Sequence record: SRR9188677_86
Strand: one strand, 5' to 3'
Length of the DNA stretch: 64,000 nucleotides
Each line of letters opens with the position of its first letter. Position 1 is the first letter of the stretch. Positions 49,023 through 57,770 of this stretch are shown here, piece after piece. Both the position numbers and the translations under genes were made by a program. The notes under the pieces are model-generated. The model was given only the letters and a program-made list of their open reading frames with translations, had not been told where the DNA came from and made no database searches.

Positions 49023-49937
49023 ATGAAAATCAAAACAATTCTATTTTCAACATCAATTTTGTTAGTTGGATTAACAGTAAATGGCCAGAATTCGAAAAAA
49101 GAGCAGGACATTAAAGCGATCAAATCGATGTGTGGATGCTATGAAGTTAAATTTAATTTTATCGAAACTTTTAATTACGCCAAGGATAATCCGGAGTACA
49201 AGCCTTCTGCAGAAAAACACGAAGTCGGACTGGAATGGGTTGAATTAGTAGAAGACCAGCCAAACAAATTAGTATTGCAGCATTTGCTAATCGTTGGTCC
49301 AAGAGAAAATGATATTGTAAAGCACTGGCGCCAGGATTGGCTATACGAAAACACTGAATTGCATTCCTTCTTTAAAGAAAGAAGCTGGAAATACAATAAA
49401 TTATCCTCTAAGGACGTAAAAGGCCAATGGACCCAGAAAGTATTTCAGGTAGATGACAGCCCAAGATACGAAGGAACCGCAAGCTGGGTTCACATAGACG
49501 GAACGGATTACTGGAAAAACACAACTGATGCACCGCTTCCAAGAAGAGAGCATACCAAACGTAATGATTACAATGTTCTGAAAAGAAGAAACATCCATGA
49601 AATCACAAAATCAGGCTGGATCCATGAGCAGGATAACGATAAATTGGTACGCGACGATAAAGGAACTGACGTATTGCTGGCACAGGAAAAAGGGATTGAT
49701 GTTTATACAAAAGTAGATGACAGCAAATGTAAAGCGGCTCAGGACTACTGGAAAACCAACGCGGAATTATGGAAAAAAGTAAGGGCTAAATGGGCTCTGG
49801 TTTTTGATCTAGATAAAGATTTATCAATGAAAAAACTCGTGGACGGCAAAAGCTTATATGAGTTTCTATTTGAATTGAAACCAACGGCATCTCAGGAAGA
49901 AGTAAACAAAGCCATCGATGATTTTATTGTAAAATAA
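49023..49937 (+). CDS. DUF6607-like secreted protein
   Basis: Start moved to ATG 49023 (signal peptide); AIKSMCGCYEV.F.F.ET, KHWRQDW.YE, WTQKVFQVDDSPRYE, PLPRRE. Confidence 0.75.
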   Translation: MKIKTILFSTSILLVGLTVNGQNSKKEQDIKAIKSMCGCYEVKFNFIETFNYAKDNPEYKPSAEKHEVGLEWVELVEDQPNKLVLQHLLIVGPRENDIVKHWRQDWLYENTELHSFFKERSWKYNKLSSKDVKGQWTQKVFQVDDSPRYEGTASWVHIDGTDYWKNTTDAPLPRREHTKRNDYNVLKRRNIHEITKSGWIHEQDNDKLVRDDKGTDVLLAQEKGIDVYTKVDDSKCKAAQDYWKTNAELWKKVRAKWALVFDLDKDLSMKKLVDGKSLYEFLFELKPTASQEEVNKAIDDFIVK

Positions 49938-49949
49938 TCTCCCAAAATT

Positions 49950-50294
49950 ATGTGTGAACTCAAAGTTTTAAATAGGACCAGCAACGGAGTTTTAGTTTTC
50001 TGCCAAAAGAAAGCAATGTATCAGCTGCTGTTTAACAATCTGACTTTTAGTTTAAATCAGATGGAACTTGATGGCTTTTTTGACTACATAAAAAACATAG
50101 ATTGCAATTACTGGGAACTGGAATACCGAAACTCTATTTATGAGAAGAAAATACCAATCCCTACCCTACAGAAAAACTTCCTAATACTGTTTGACCGTTT
50201 AGAAATAAAGGAACTGAAACTGCTTCTAAACTTCAATATCAAAGGCGAAGACCTTAAATATGCTGATATTAAATATCCTGTAAATTTAAATTAA
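49950..50294 (+). CDS. DUF6686-like small protein
   Basis: MC..., YQLLFNNL, IPIPTLQKN, C-terminal LN; 12 bp after the upstream stop. Confidence 0.65.
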   Translation: MCELKVLNRTSNGVLVFCQKKAMYQLLFNNLTFSLNQMELDGFFDYIKNIDCNYWELEYRNSIYEKKIPIPTLQKNFLILFDRLEIKELKLLLNFNIKGEDLKYADIKYPVNLN

Positions 50295-50296
50295 TT

Positions 50297-50327
50297 AAGG
50301 GGTTTGACGTTTGTCAGGCTCTTTTTT
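50297..50327 (+). terminator. Intrinsic terminator
   Basis: AAGGGGTTTGAC-GTTT-GTCAGGCTC-T6. Confidence 0.7.
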
Positions 50328-50387
50328 GGTTTCACAATATGTTAAATTATGGCCCTAAAACATAACATACCAAACAGATATGAAAAA

Positions 50388-50472
50388 TTATTTATATTTA
50401 GTCTAAATAACTTTTGAAAAACTGTTTCATCTTTTATCTTTGCAAAAAATTATTTTAAATTAATCTTAATAA
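50388..50472. promoter_or_regulatory. Iron-box operators C and D flanking the receptor promoter
   Basis: TTATTTATA-TTTAG-TCTAAATAA (50388-50410); TATCTTTG (50435-50442); TTATTTTAA-ATTAA-TCTTAATAA (50450-50472). Confidence 0.7.
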
Positions 50473-50474
50473 GA

Positions 50475-52619
50475 GTGAAAAATATCTTTATCCTATCCTC
50501 AGCATTATTTGTTTCTGTGATTTCTTTTGGTCAGGAAACTCCAAAAGACACTATCAACAAATTGAAAGAAGTTGAAATCAACCTCAATAAATACAGATAC
50601 AAAAGGGAAAAAAGCACTACCGTTTCTAAAATGCCACTGAACAACATTGAAAACCCTCAGGTTTACAATACGGTTACCAGCGAGCTTTTGAAAGAACAAT
50701 TGGTTACCAATTTCAATGACGCTTTGAAAAACGCGACCGGAATCACAAGGCTTTGGGAATCAACAGGACGTGGCGGTGATGGTGCAGAATACTATTCTAT
50801 GCGCGGGTTCTCTGTGCAGCCAACAATGATCAACGGTTTGCCGGGAATCAACAACGGAAGTATTGATCCTATCAATGTAGATAATATTGAAGTGATCAAA
50901 GGCCCATCAGGAACTTTATTCGGCAGCAGCCTTATTTCTTATGGTGGATTGATCAACATCGTAACCAAAAAACCATACCAGAATTTTGGCGGCGAAATCG
51001 GGTATAACTCGGGTACTTATGGCATGGACAGGATCACTGCCGATGTCAATATCCCTTTAAATAAAGATGTTGCCGTTAGGATAACATCGGCTTATCAGAA
51101 TGAAGATTCGTTCCAGGATGCCGGTTTTTCAAAATCGCTGTTTGTTGCTCCGTCCTTAAGTTACAAAGTGAGTGACAGATTATCATTCTTAATCAATACC
51201 GAGTTTACCAACAGGACTACGGCAAGTGCTCCGATGATTTTCCTAAGCAGGTATTCCCCGGTTTCATTTTTTTCAATGGATCTGTTTGAGCAGAATTACA
51301 AAAACTCCTATACATCCAACGATTTGACAATGAGCAATCCTACATTTAATATGCAGGCACAGATGTTCTATAAATTATCAGATCAGTGGACCTCTCAAAC
51401 TGTTTTATCCAGAAGCAATGCCAGAACAAACGGATATTATTCGTATTTATGGGATTCAGCTAACGGAGATGAATTTACACGATTCATATCGAAAGCCAAT
51501 TCGCAGACACAGGGAACGGATATCCAACAGAACTTCATCGGTGATTTCAAAATCGGGAAACTCAGAAATCGCATGGTGGTTGGCATTGATTATTTAAACT
51601 TAAATCAAAGAAATGAAAACATGGGCTGGTTAGGTTTTGGAACCGTTTCTTTGGTAAACCAATCTGACCTGTATACGGATCCGGTTTCCGGAACAGTTGG
51701 AAATACTGAATTAACTCAAAATGCAGTAGATAAAGTTTTAGAAGGATCTTATACCGGTATTTCAAAATCCAAGAATGAAGTGATCAGTGCTTATGTTTCA
51801 GACGTTTTGAACATTACGGATAAACTATCGGTTATGGCTAGTTTAAGGGTGGATCATTTCATTACTGAAAGCTTCAACCAAACCGCGGTTTCACCAAAAT
51901 TCGGTGCTGTTTATCAGTTGATCGAAAATAAAGTATCGGTTTTTGGTAACTACATGAACGGGTTCAAAAATTCGGCTCCGGCCATCCAAAGCGACAACGT
52001 TACTTACAAAAGCTTCAAACCGGAACATGCCAACCAATATGAATTTGGATTGAAAACGAATCTATACAAAGACATTATTTCGGCAACGATCAGCTATTAT
52101 AATATTGATGTTACCGACAAGATCATGACCGATCCGGTTACGTTCATCAGCTCAATCCAGGGCGGAGAAGTGAACAGCAACGGGGTTGAAATCAGTTTTA
52201 CCGCCAATCCGATAAAAGGATTAAACGTGATTGCCGGCTACAGTTATAATGACAGTGAAGTGACACGTGATATTGTTGACGATTCTTATTTAGGCTACCG
52301 GCCGGAAGAAGCAGGTCCGAGAGCATTGGTTAACCTTTGGGCGAATTATACTTTTACAGAAGGGAAATTTAAAGGGTTCGGTATAGGATTTGGTGGAAAT
52401 TATGCCAGCGAATATCAGGTACTGCACCGAAAAAATACGGGGACTTTCACATTGCCAGATTACACCGTTTTGAATTCGGCACTGTCTTACAACACCGATA
52501 AGTTCAATATCACATTAAAGGCGAACAACCTTTTGAATGAAAAATATTATGCCGGCTGGTCAACCATCACTCCACAGCGTTTGAGAAGCTTAACTGCCGG
52601 ACTGACTTATAAATTTTAA
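50475..52619 (+). CDS. TonB-dependent siderophore receptor
   Basis: KMPL...ENPQ, SMRGF, IEVIKGPSGTLFG, GGLINIVTKKP, C-terminal TYKF; GTG start. Confidence 0.92.
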   Translation: MKNIFILSSALFVSVISFGQETPKDTINKLKEVEINLNKYRYKREKSTTVSKMPLNNIENPQVYNTVTSELLKEQLVTNFNDALKNATGITRLWESTGRGGDGAEYYSMRGFSVQPTMINGLPGINNGSIDPINVDNIEVIKGPSGTLFGSSLISYGGLINIVTKKPYQNFGGEIGYNSGTYGMDRITADVNIPLNKDVAVRITSAYQNEDSFQDAGFSKSLFVAPSLSYKVSDRLSFLINTEFTNRTTASAPMIFLSRYSPVSFFSMDLFEQNYKNSYTSNDLTMSNPTFNMQAQMFYKLSDQWTSQTVLSRSNARTNGYYSYLWDSANGDEFTRFISKANSQTQGTDIQQNFIGDFKIGKLRNRMVVGIDYLNLNQRNENMGWLGFGTVSLVNQSDLYTDPVSGTVGNTELTQNAVDKVLEGSYTGISKSKNEVISAYVSDVLNITDKLSVMASLRVDHFITESFNQTAVSPKFGAVYQLIENKVSVFGNYMNGFKNSAPAIQSDNVTYKSFKPEHANQYEFGLKTNLYKDIISATISYYNIDVTDKIMTDPVTFISSIQGGEVNSNGVEISFTANPIKGLNVIAGYSYNDSEVTRDIVDDSYLGYRPEEAGPRALVNLWANYTFTEGKFKGFGIGFGGNYASEYQVLHRKNTGTFTLPDYTVLNSALSYNTDKFNITLKANNLLNEKYYAGWSTITPQRLRSLTAGLTYKF

Positions 52620-52649
52620 TTGGAATTGAATTTCTTGTTTGTTTAAAAT

Positions 52650-52676
52650 AAGCTCCTCATTTTATGGGGAGTTTTT
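52650..52676 (+). terminator. Intercistronic hairpin / partial terminator
   Basis: AAGCTCCTCAT-TTT-ATGGGGAGTTTTT, 11 bp before the next ATG. Confidence 0.55.
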
Positions 52677-52687
52677 ATACTTTATAG

Positions 52688-53809
52688 ATGAAAAAAGACC
52701 GCTTCAAAAAAACTGTCCGGAACATCCACCTCTGGCTGGGATTAACTTCGGGGATTATCGTTTTTATAATTGCAGTTACAGGATGCCTGTACGCGTTTCA
52801 GGAAGAAATCCAGGACCTAACGGAAACTTACCGGTTTGTGGAAAAACAGGACTCCCCTTTCCTGCTGCCTTCTGAGCTCGAGAAAATTGCCCGAAAGGAA
52901 CTTCCCGGAAAATCACTGCATGCCATCAAATACAATGGCTCGGAAAAATCGGCTGAAGCTATTTTCTATCATTACGAACCTACTTATTACCATATCCTTT
53001 ACCTCAATCCGTATTCCGGCAAAGTGCTTGAAAAAGCCAATATGGAAGAAGGTTTTTTCCCGTTCATCCTTGACGGCCATTTTTACCTTTGGCTTCCGCA
53101 TGAAATTGGCCAGACTGTATGTGCTACTGCAACATTGATTTTCTTAATCATGATTGTTACAGGGCTTATCCTTTGGTATCCTAAAAACAAGAAAGCCGCC
53201 AAGCAACGCTTTTGGTTCCGCTGGAAAAAAGGCAGCAAATGGAAACGAAAAAACTACGATTTGCATAACATTACAGGTTTTTATGTGATGTCAATAGCAT
53301 TGATATTTGCCCTAACCGGTTTGGTTTGGGGGTTCCAATGGTTCGCTTTTAGCTACTACACGGCCATTGGCGGAGAAAAATCACTAATTTACACCGATCC
53401 AGTTTCTAAAAAAGAGGTTTCTTTTACTCCGATTGAAAAGCCACTAGATAAGGTTTGGGAATTGATGAATAAAGAATACCCAAAAGCCGAATCCATAGAA
53501 GTGCATCCGCCAGAAACCGATACCGCTTCAATCGCCGCCAATGCCAACCAGGACAAAGGGACTTACTGGAAAACGGATTACCGCTATTTCGATCAATATT
53601 CGCTCAAGGAAAAAGAAGTGGGCCATATTTATGGAAAACTGCAAAATGCCAGCACATCCGATAAGCTCATGCGAATGAACTATGACATCCATACCGGAGC
53701 CGTACTGGGATTGCCCGGAAAAATATTTGCCTTCTTAATAAGCCTGATGATTGCCAGCTTACCCATTACCGGATTCCTGATTTGGTATGGTAGAAAATAT
53801 AAAAAGTAA
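52688..53809 (+). CDS. PepSY-associated TM helix protein (PiuB/FoxB-like)
   Basis: HLWLGL, TGCLYAF, LNPYSG, DGHFYL, YDLHNITG, YDIHTG. Confidence 0.9.
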   Translation: MKKDRFKKTVRNIHLWLGLTSGIIVFIIAVTGCLYAFQEEIQDLTETYRFVEKQDSPFLLPSELEKIARKELPGKSLHAIKYNGSEKSAEAIFYHYEPTYYHILYLNPYSGKVLEKANMEEGFFPFILDGHFYLWLPHEIGQTVCATATLIFLIMIVTGLILWYPKNKKAAKQRFWFRWKKGSKWKRKNYDLHNITGFYVMSIALIFALTGLVWGFQWFAFSYYTAIGGEKSLIYTDPVSKKEVSFTPIEKPLDKVWELMNKEYPKAESIEVHPPETDTASIAANANQDKGTYWKTDYRYFDQYSLKEKEVGHIYGKLQNASTSDKLMRMNYDIHTGAVLGLPGKIFAFLISLMIASLPITGFLIWYGRKYKK

Positions 53810-53817
53810 TTTTCAAT

Positions 53818-53849
53818 AAAAAAGGGTTTGTCGATTGACAAACCCTTTT
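53818..53849. terminator. Bidirectional intrinsic terminator
   Basis: A6-GGGTTTGTC-GATT-GACAAACCC-TTTT. Confidence 0.88.
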
Positions 53850-53868
53850 CTTTTAGGGTGTTTTTATT

Positions 53869-55272
53869 TTACAGCGAATTTAAAAACAATAGCAATTCCT
53901 CCCTTTCTTTGGTAGATAATTGTTTGAATTTATTCTTAGCGGTTTGAGCTTCCCCGCCGTGCCAAAGAATAGCCTCAGTAACATTTCTGGCTCTTCCGTC
54001 GTGCATTAAATTAGTATGTTTGTTTACAGTTTCTATTAATCCCAATCCCCATAAGGCAGGCGTTTTCCATTCGCTTCCCGTTGCAAGGAAATCCGGGGCA
54101 TTATCTGCCAAATCAGGGCCCATGTCGTGCAATAGAAGGTCCGTATAAGGCCTGATGGTCTGATTTCGGAACGATGTTATGAAGTAGTCGTTTCCGGTCT
54201 GCATTTTAGGCGTGTGGCAGGCAGCACATCCTATAGTTTCAAAAGTTTTCTTTCCTCTTAATACCTCCTGTGTATTGTGATTTCTTCTCATCGGAACAGA
54301 CAAACTAAGCGAATACAAAACCACTCTGTTCAAGTTATCCTCTGATATTTCCGGGGTTCCGCCATTTGGTATTGAAGCGCAGTCTACACCGGGCGGGCAA
54401 TTCTCATCCGGAAACAATACCGAAGTGATTCCCATATCGCCAGAGAAAGCTGCCGCAACCTGCTGGCGTACATTAGGTTGATTCCCCTTCCATCCGAAAC
54501 GACCCAATTTTTGGGAATTGGATTGGATGTCGTAAACATAATTGGGTTTGCCTGATATACCGTCTCCATTGCTGTCTGTATCATCGGCACGGGCTAAAAT
54601 CGTTGCTTGAGGAACAGCTTCCAAAAGTCCTAAACCAATAATCTGGTTGGCTATCCTAGGGGAAACTTTTACTCCTGCGGCTAAAGGTCCATAACCTAAA
54701 TCTACAAACTGGTAAGTTGGTTTTTTAAGTGTAATTACTGTTCCGTCCGCGAGGGTTTCAGTCAAATCTTGGTTTAGGATATGGTAGCCGCCTTTTATAG
54801 TCTGTCCCAAAATAGCATTATCCTGAAGCTGGCTTCCATAAACAGGGTCAGGAAACGAACTTCCATTGGCATGAAAACCGTCAACGCTTAAACGCAATAA
54901 TAAGCCACGGGCTGTTTCTCCATTAAATCCCGGCGGCCTTCCCCTTCCGTCTTTAAAGTGGCAACTCGCACAGGCAACTGCATTGTAAAAAGGTCCCAAA
55001 CCGTCCCGAGCGGTGGTTGATGCCGGAGCCGAAACCCAGCTTTGCCTGAAAAAAGAGTTCCCTACACCAAAAGCAGACTGCTCGTCAAAAGTCAATCCGG
55101 AAGCAGAAAAACCAAACGCTTCTTCTGTAGCATTATTAATCGTAGCGGTTTGACCACCAGAAAACTGCTCGCCGTCTTCAGCAGTCAGTTCAACGTAATT
55201 GTCATCATTGTTGCTGCATCCTATAAGCTGGAAGCTAAGCAATAAAAAGAAAATCTTACTGTAATTTTTCAT
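53869..55272 (-). CDS. Di-haem oxidoreductase family lipoprotein (DHOR)
   Basis: Lipobox LIGC; DGLGPFYNAVACASCH, GLGLLEA, GRFGWK, CAACHTP, YTDLLLHDMG, WKTPALWG, MHDGRAR; start moved to ATG 55272. Confidence 0.9.
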   Translation of the reverse strand: MKNYSKIFFLLLSFQLIGCSNNDDNYVELTAEDGEQFSGGQTATINNATEEAFGFSASGLTFDEQSAFGVGNSFFRQSWVSAPASTTARDGLGPFYNAVACASCHFKDGRGRPPGFNGETARGLLLRLSVDGFHANGSSFPDPVYGSQLQDNAILGQTIKGGYHILNQDLTETLADGTVITLKKPTYQFVDLGYGPLAAGVKVSPRIANQIIGLGLLEAVPQATILARADDTDSNGDGISGKPNYVYDIQSNSQKLGRFGWKGNQPNVRQQVAAAFSGDMGITSVLFPDENCPPGVDCASIPNGGTPEISEDNLNRVVLYSLSLSVPMRRNHNTQEVLRGKKTFETIGCAACHTPKMQTGNDYFITSFRNQTIRPYTDLLLHDMGPDLADNAPDFLATGSEWKTPALWGLGLIETVNKHTNLMHDGRARNVTEAILWHGGEAQTAKNKFKQLSTKEREELLLFLNSL

Positions 55273-55282
55273 TATAAACAGG

Positions 55283-55311
55283 AAAAAGTGACCTTTTCCA
55301 AAGCCACTTTT
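55283..55311 (-). terminator. Intercistronic hairpin / partial terminator between imelysin 1 and DHOR
   Basis: Minus strand AAAAGTGGCTTT-GGAA-AAGGTCACTTTTT. Confidence 0.55.
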
Positions 55312-55336
55312 CATTTATTGTTATCCTATAATCGTA

Positions 55337-56509
55337 TTAATTAAATGTGATTCCGATTTTAGCTGCACCAGCTAATAAATTGGACCCGAAATTTTGCAAC
55401 TGCAATACAGCTACCCTTACTTTGGCTCCTTCAACAGAACCAACACCGCCAGAAATTGCCATATCAAACGGAGTCTGGATTGCAGCAACTTTGGTCAATG
55501 AAGATTGCAGAGAAGCTTCCGTATCATTGTAAGTCTCAACATCAGCATTTCTTACCATGTCTTCTAAAGACTGGCCGTCAATATCCCCATATTTACCTTG
55601 GTATACATTGATAACACCTTTAAGGTTAAGATAAATATCGCGGTGAGTATTGTCACTAAAACAAGAGTGCTCGTCTTCCTGATCTTCATTCAATAAAGCA
55701 ACATCCATTCTTTCAATTGGTAATTCTGCAGAAACAAGCGTAGTGATTCCCAAGTAAATATTTTGGATTGCCTCATTAACCGGTAAGCTTAAGAAGGTAG
55801 CCCTGTAAGTTCCTCCAACTTTCCACTGCTGTACCAGATAATCCAAATGATCCGTAAGCAGATCAGCGCAAACTTTAAGATAAGTAGCTCTTCTTTCCTG
55901 ATTTGTAGCTGTTCCTCCTGCCCCTACTACGTAGTCGGTGTAAGGTCGTTGCCCAGGAAGATTAGCAGACGGAGCAGTTAAATCCTGTCCCCAAAGCAAA
56001 AATTCGATGGCATGGTAACCACAGCTGATGTTTTTCTCGCCACCGTTTTCGTTTAAGGTCTCTAATAAAGCTTTGTCGATTGTTGGGTAAGTTGCAGTCG
56101 CGTTGATTATCCCTCCCGGAGTTGGGGCTCCGTCAACATAATCAATATAGTTCTCATCTAGCGGCCATGCATTTAATAAACCTTCCGGTCCCGTTGCTTC
56201 AGCATCGATAGGCCCGTTGGCAAAACGGAATGCTTCAGTCGTACCATAGCTTTCTCTTGCTTCTTTCCATTTAGTTTTTGCTGCCGTAAAATTAGCATCG
56301 GTCGGAGTTGTTGTAAATGTATTGATAGCAGCTTCAAGCTCTACCGCATCATCATAAGCATCTTTGTAATTTTGATAAGCGATATTGGCATAATTTAGTA
56401 CTACATCGGCCTTAATGGTACCCGTGCTGTTTGAATTGTCATCGCTACAAGAAGCTACAAAAATCCCTGCTGCCAAAACCAACGCCGCTTTTAAAGAAGT
56501 GTTTTTCAT
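55337..56509 (-). CDS. Imelysin family lipoprotein 1 (IrpA/IcmP/LruB-like)
   Basis: Lipobox VASC + SDD; TEAFRF, NAWPLDENYIDY, GYHAIEFLLWGQD (GxHxxE), EDEHSCFSDNT. Confidence 0.9.
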   Translation of the reverse strand: MKNTSLKAALVLAAGIFVASCSDDNSNSTGTIKADVVLNYANIAYQNYKDAYDDAVELEAAINTFTTTPTDANFTAAKTKWKEARESYGTTEAFRFANGPIDAEATGPEGLLNAWPLDENYIDYVDGAPTPGGIINATATYPTIDKALLETLNENGGEKNISCGYHAIEFLLWGQDLTAPSANLPGQRPYTDYVVGAGGTATNQERRATYLKVCADLLTDHLDYLVQQWKVGGTYRATFLSLPVNEAIQNIYLGITTLVSAELPIERMDVALLNEDQEDEHSCFSDNTHRDIYLNLKGVINVYQGKYGDIDGQSLEDMVRNADVETYNDTEASLQSSLTKVAAIQTPFDMAISGGVGSVEGAKVRVAVLQLQNFGSNLLAGAAKIGITFN

Positions 56510-56574
56510 TACATTGTTATTTAGAATAATTAAATTTAAAGCAAAAGTATAGAGTTTGCCGAAACCAGCAAATT

Positions 56575-56597
56575 TTATTTAGATTTATTTTAAATAA
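56575..56597. promoter_or_regulatory. Iron-box operator between the divergent imelysin promoters
   Basis: TTATTTAGA-TTTAT-TTTAAATAA; extra half-site TTATTTAGA at 56517; TACTTTTG boxes at 56542-56549 (-) and 56623-56630 (+). Confidence 0.7.
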
Positions 56598-56645
56598 TTA
56601 ATAAATATTTATTCCGATTATGTACTTTTGCCAAAATTTAAACCC

Positions 56646-57767
56646 ATGAAGAAATTATTCCTCGTACTAAGTATAGTAGCTGTTATTGTAGCTGCAAGCT
56701 GTTCCTCATCCTCTTCAGGAGATGAAAACGGTCCGGACAATTTTGACAGAACCGCACTGCTGACCAATTGGGCCGATAATATCATCGTCCCAAGCTATGT
56801 TAATTACCAGACAAAACTTCAGGCTTTAGTTGCGGATGTTGCTGCTTTTAACACAACTCCAAACGAAGCCAATCTTCAAACCGTAAGGGCTTCCTGGCTT
56901 GAAGCCTACAAATCGTATCAGAAAGTTGCGATTTTTTATATTGGAAAAGCTGCTGACATCAGCCTTAATGAAAGTGCCAACACCTTCTCTGCCGATGCTG
57001 CCGGAATCGAAGCCAACGTTGCTTCAGGAACTTACGACTTAAATCAATTCGCGCAATTTCCAAAACAGGGCTTTCCGGGATTGGATTATCTGATAAACGG
57101 ATTGGGTATTAATGATACGGCAATCGTTGCTTTCTATTCTACAAATGCCAACGCGATAAAATACAAGCAGTACTTAACCGCGGTAACGGCCAAGCTTAAG
57201 TCAAATGTTGATTCGGTAATCACTGACTGGAATTCCGGCTACAGGGAAACGTACATTGCAAGCAACGGAAGAGGAGTCAACAGTTCCGTTAGCAAAACAA
57301 CCAATTTGTTTGTAAAAACCCTTGAAAAACCAATACGCACAGGCAAAATCGGAATACCTGCCGGGTTATTTTCGAGCGGAACAAAATTCCCTGAAAAAGT
57401 GGAAGCTTACTACAAAAACAACGTTTCAAGAGAATTGCTTACTGTAGCGATCCAGGCAGAACAAGATTTCTTCAACGGAAAACACGCCAACAGCGCTACA
57501 ACGGGCGAAAGTCTAAAATCGTATTTGGATTACCTCAATGCAGTCAGAAGCGGACAGAACCTAAGCACCGTAATCAACAATCAGTTTACTGCAATTTTCA
57601 ACTCGAACACTACTCTGAATGAAAGTTTTTCACAACAGATCACTACTGATAATTCAAAGATGATTGCTGCCAACACGGTAATTCAGCAACAGATTATCTA
57701 TCTGAAACTAGATATGATGCAGGCACTCAACATAACTGTTGACTACGTTGACGGCGATGGCGATTAA
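56646..57767 (+). CDS. Imelysin family lipoprotein 2
   Basis: Lipobox AASC; WADNIIVPSY, QGFPGLDYL, KIGIPAG, C-terminal DYVDGDGD; start moved to ATG 56646. Confidence 0.82.
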   Translation: MKKLFLVLSIVAVIVAASCSSSSSGDENGPDNFDRTALLTNWADNIIVPSYVNYQTKLQALVADVAAFNTTPNEANLQTVRASWLEAYKSYQKVAIFYIGKAADISLNESANTFSADAAGIEANVASGTYDLNQFAQFPKQGFPGLDYLINGLGINDTAIVAFYSTNANAIKYKQYLTAVTAKLKSNVDSVITDWNSGYRETYIASNGRGVNSSVSKTTNLFVKTLEKPIRTGKIGIPAGLFSSGTKFPEKVEAYYKNNVSRELLTVAIQAEQDFFNGKHANSATTGESLKSYLDYLNAVRSGQNLSTVINNQFTAIFNSNTTLNESFSQQITTDNSKMIAANTVIQQQIIYLKLDMMQALNITVDYVDGDGD

Positions 57768-57770
57768 TCG

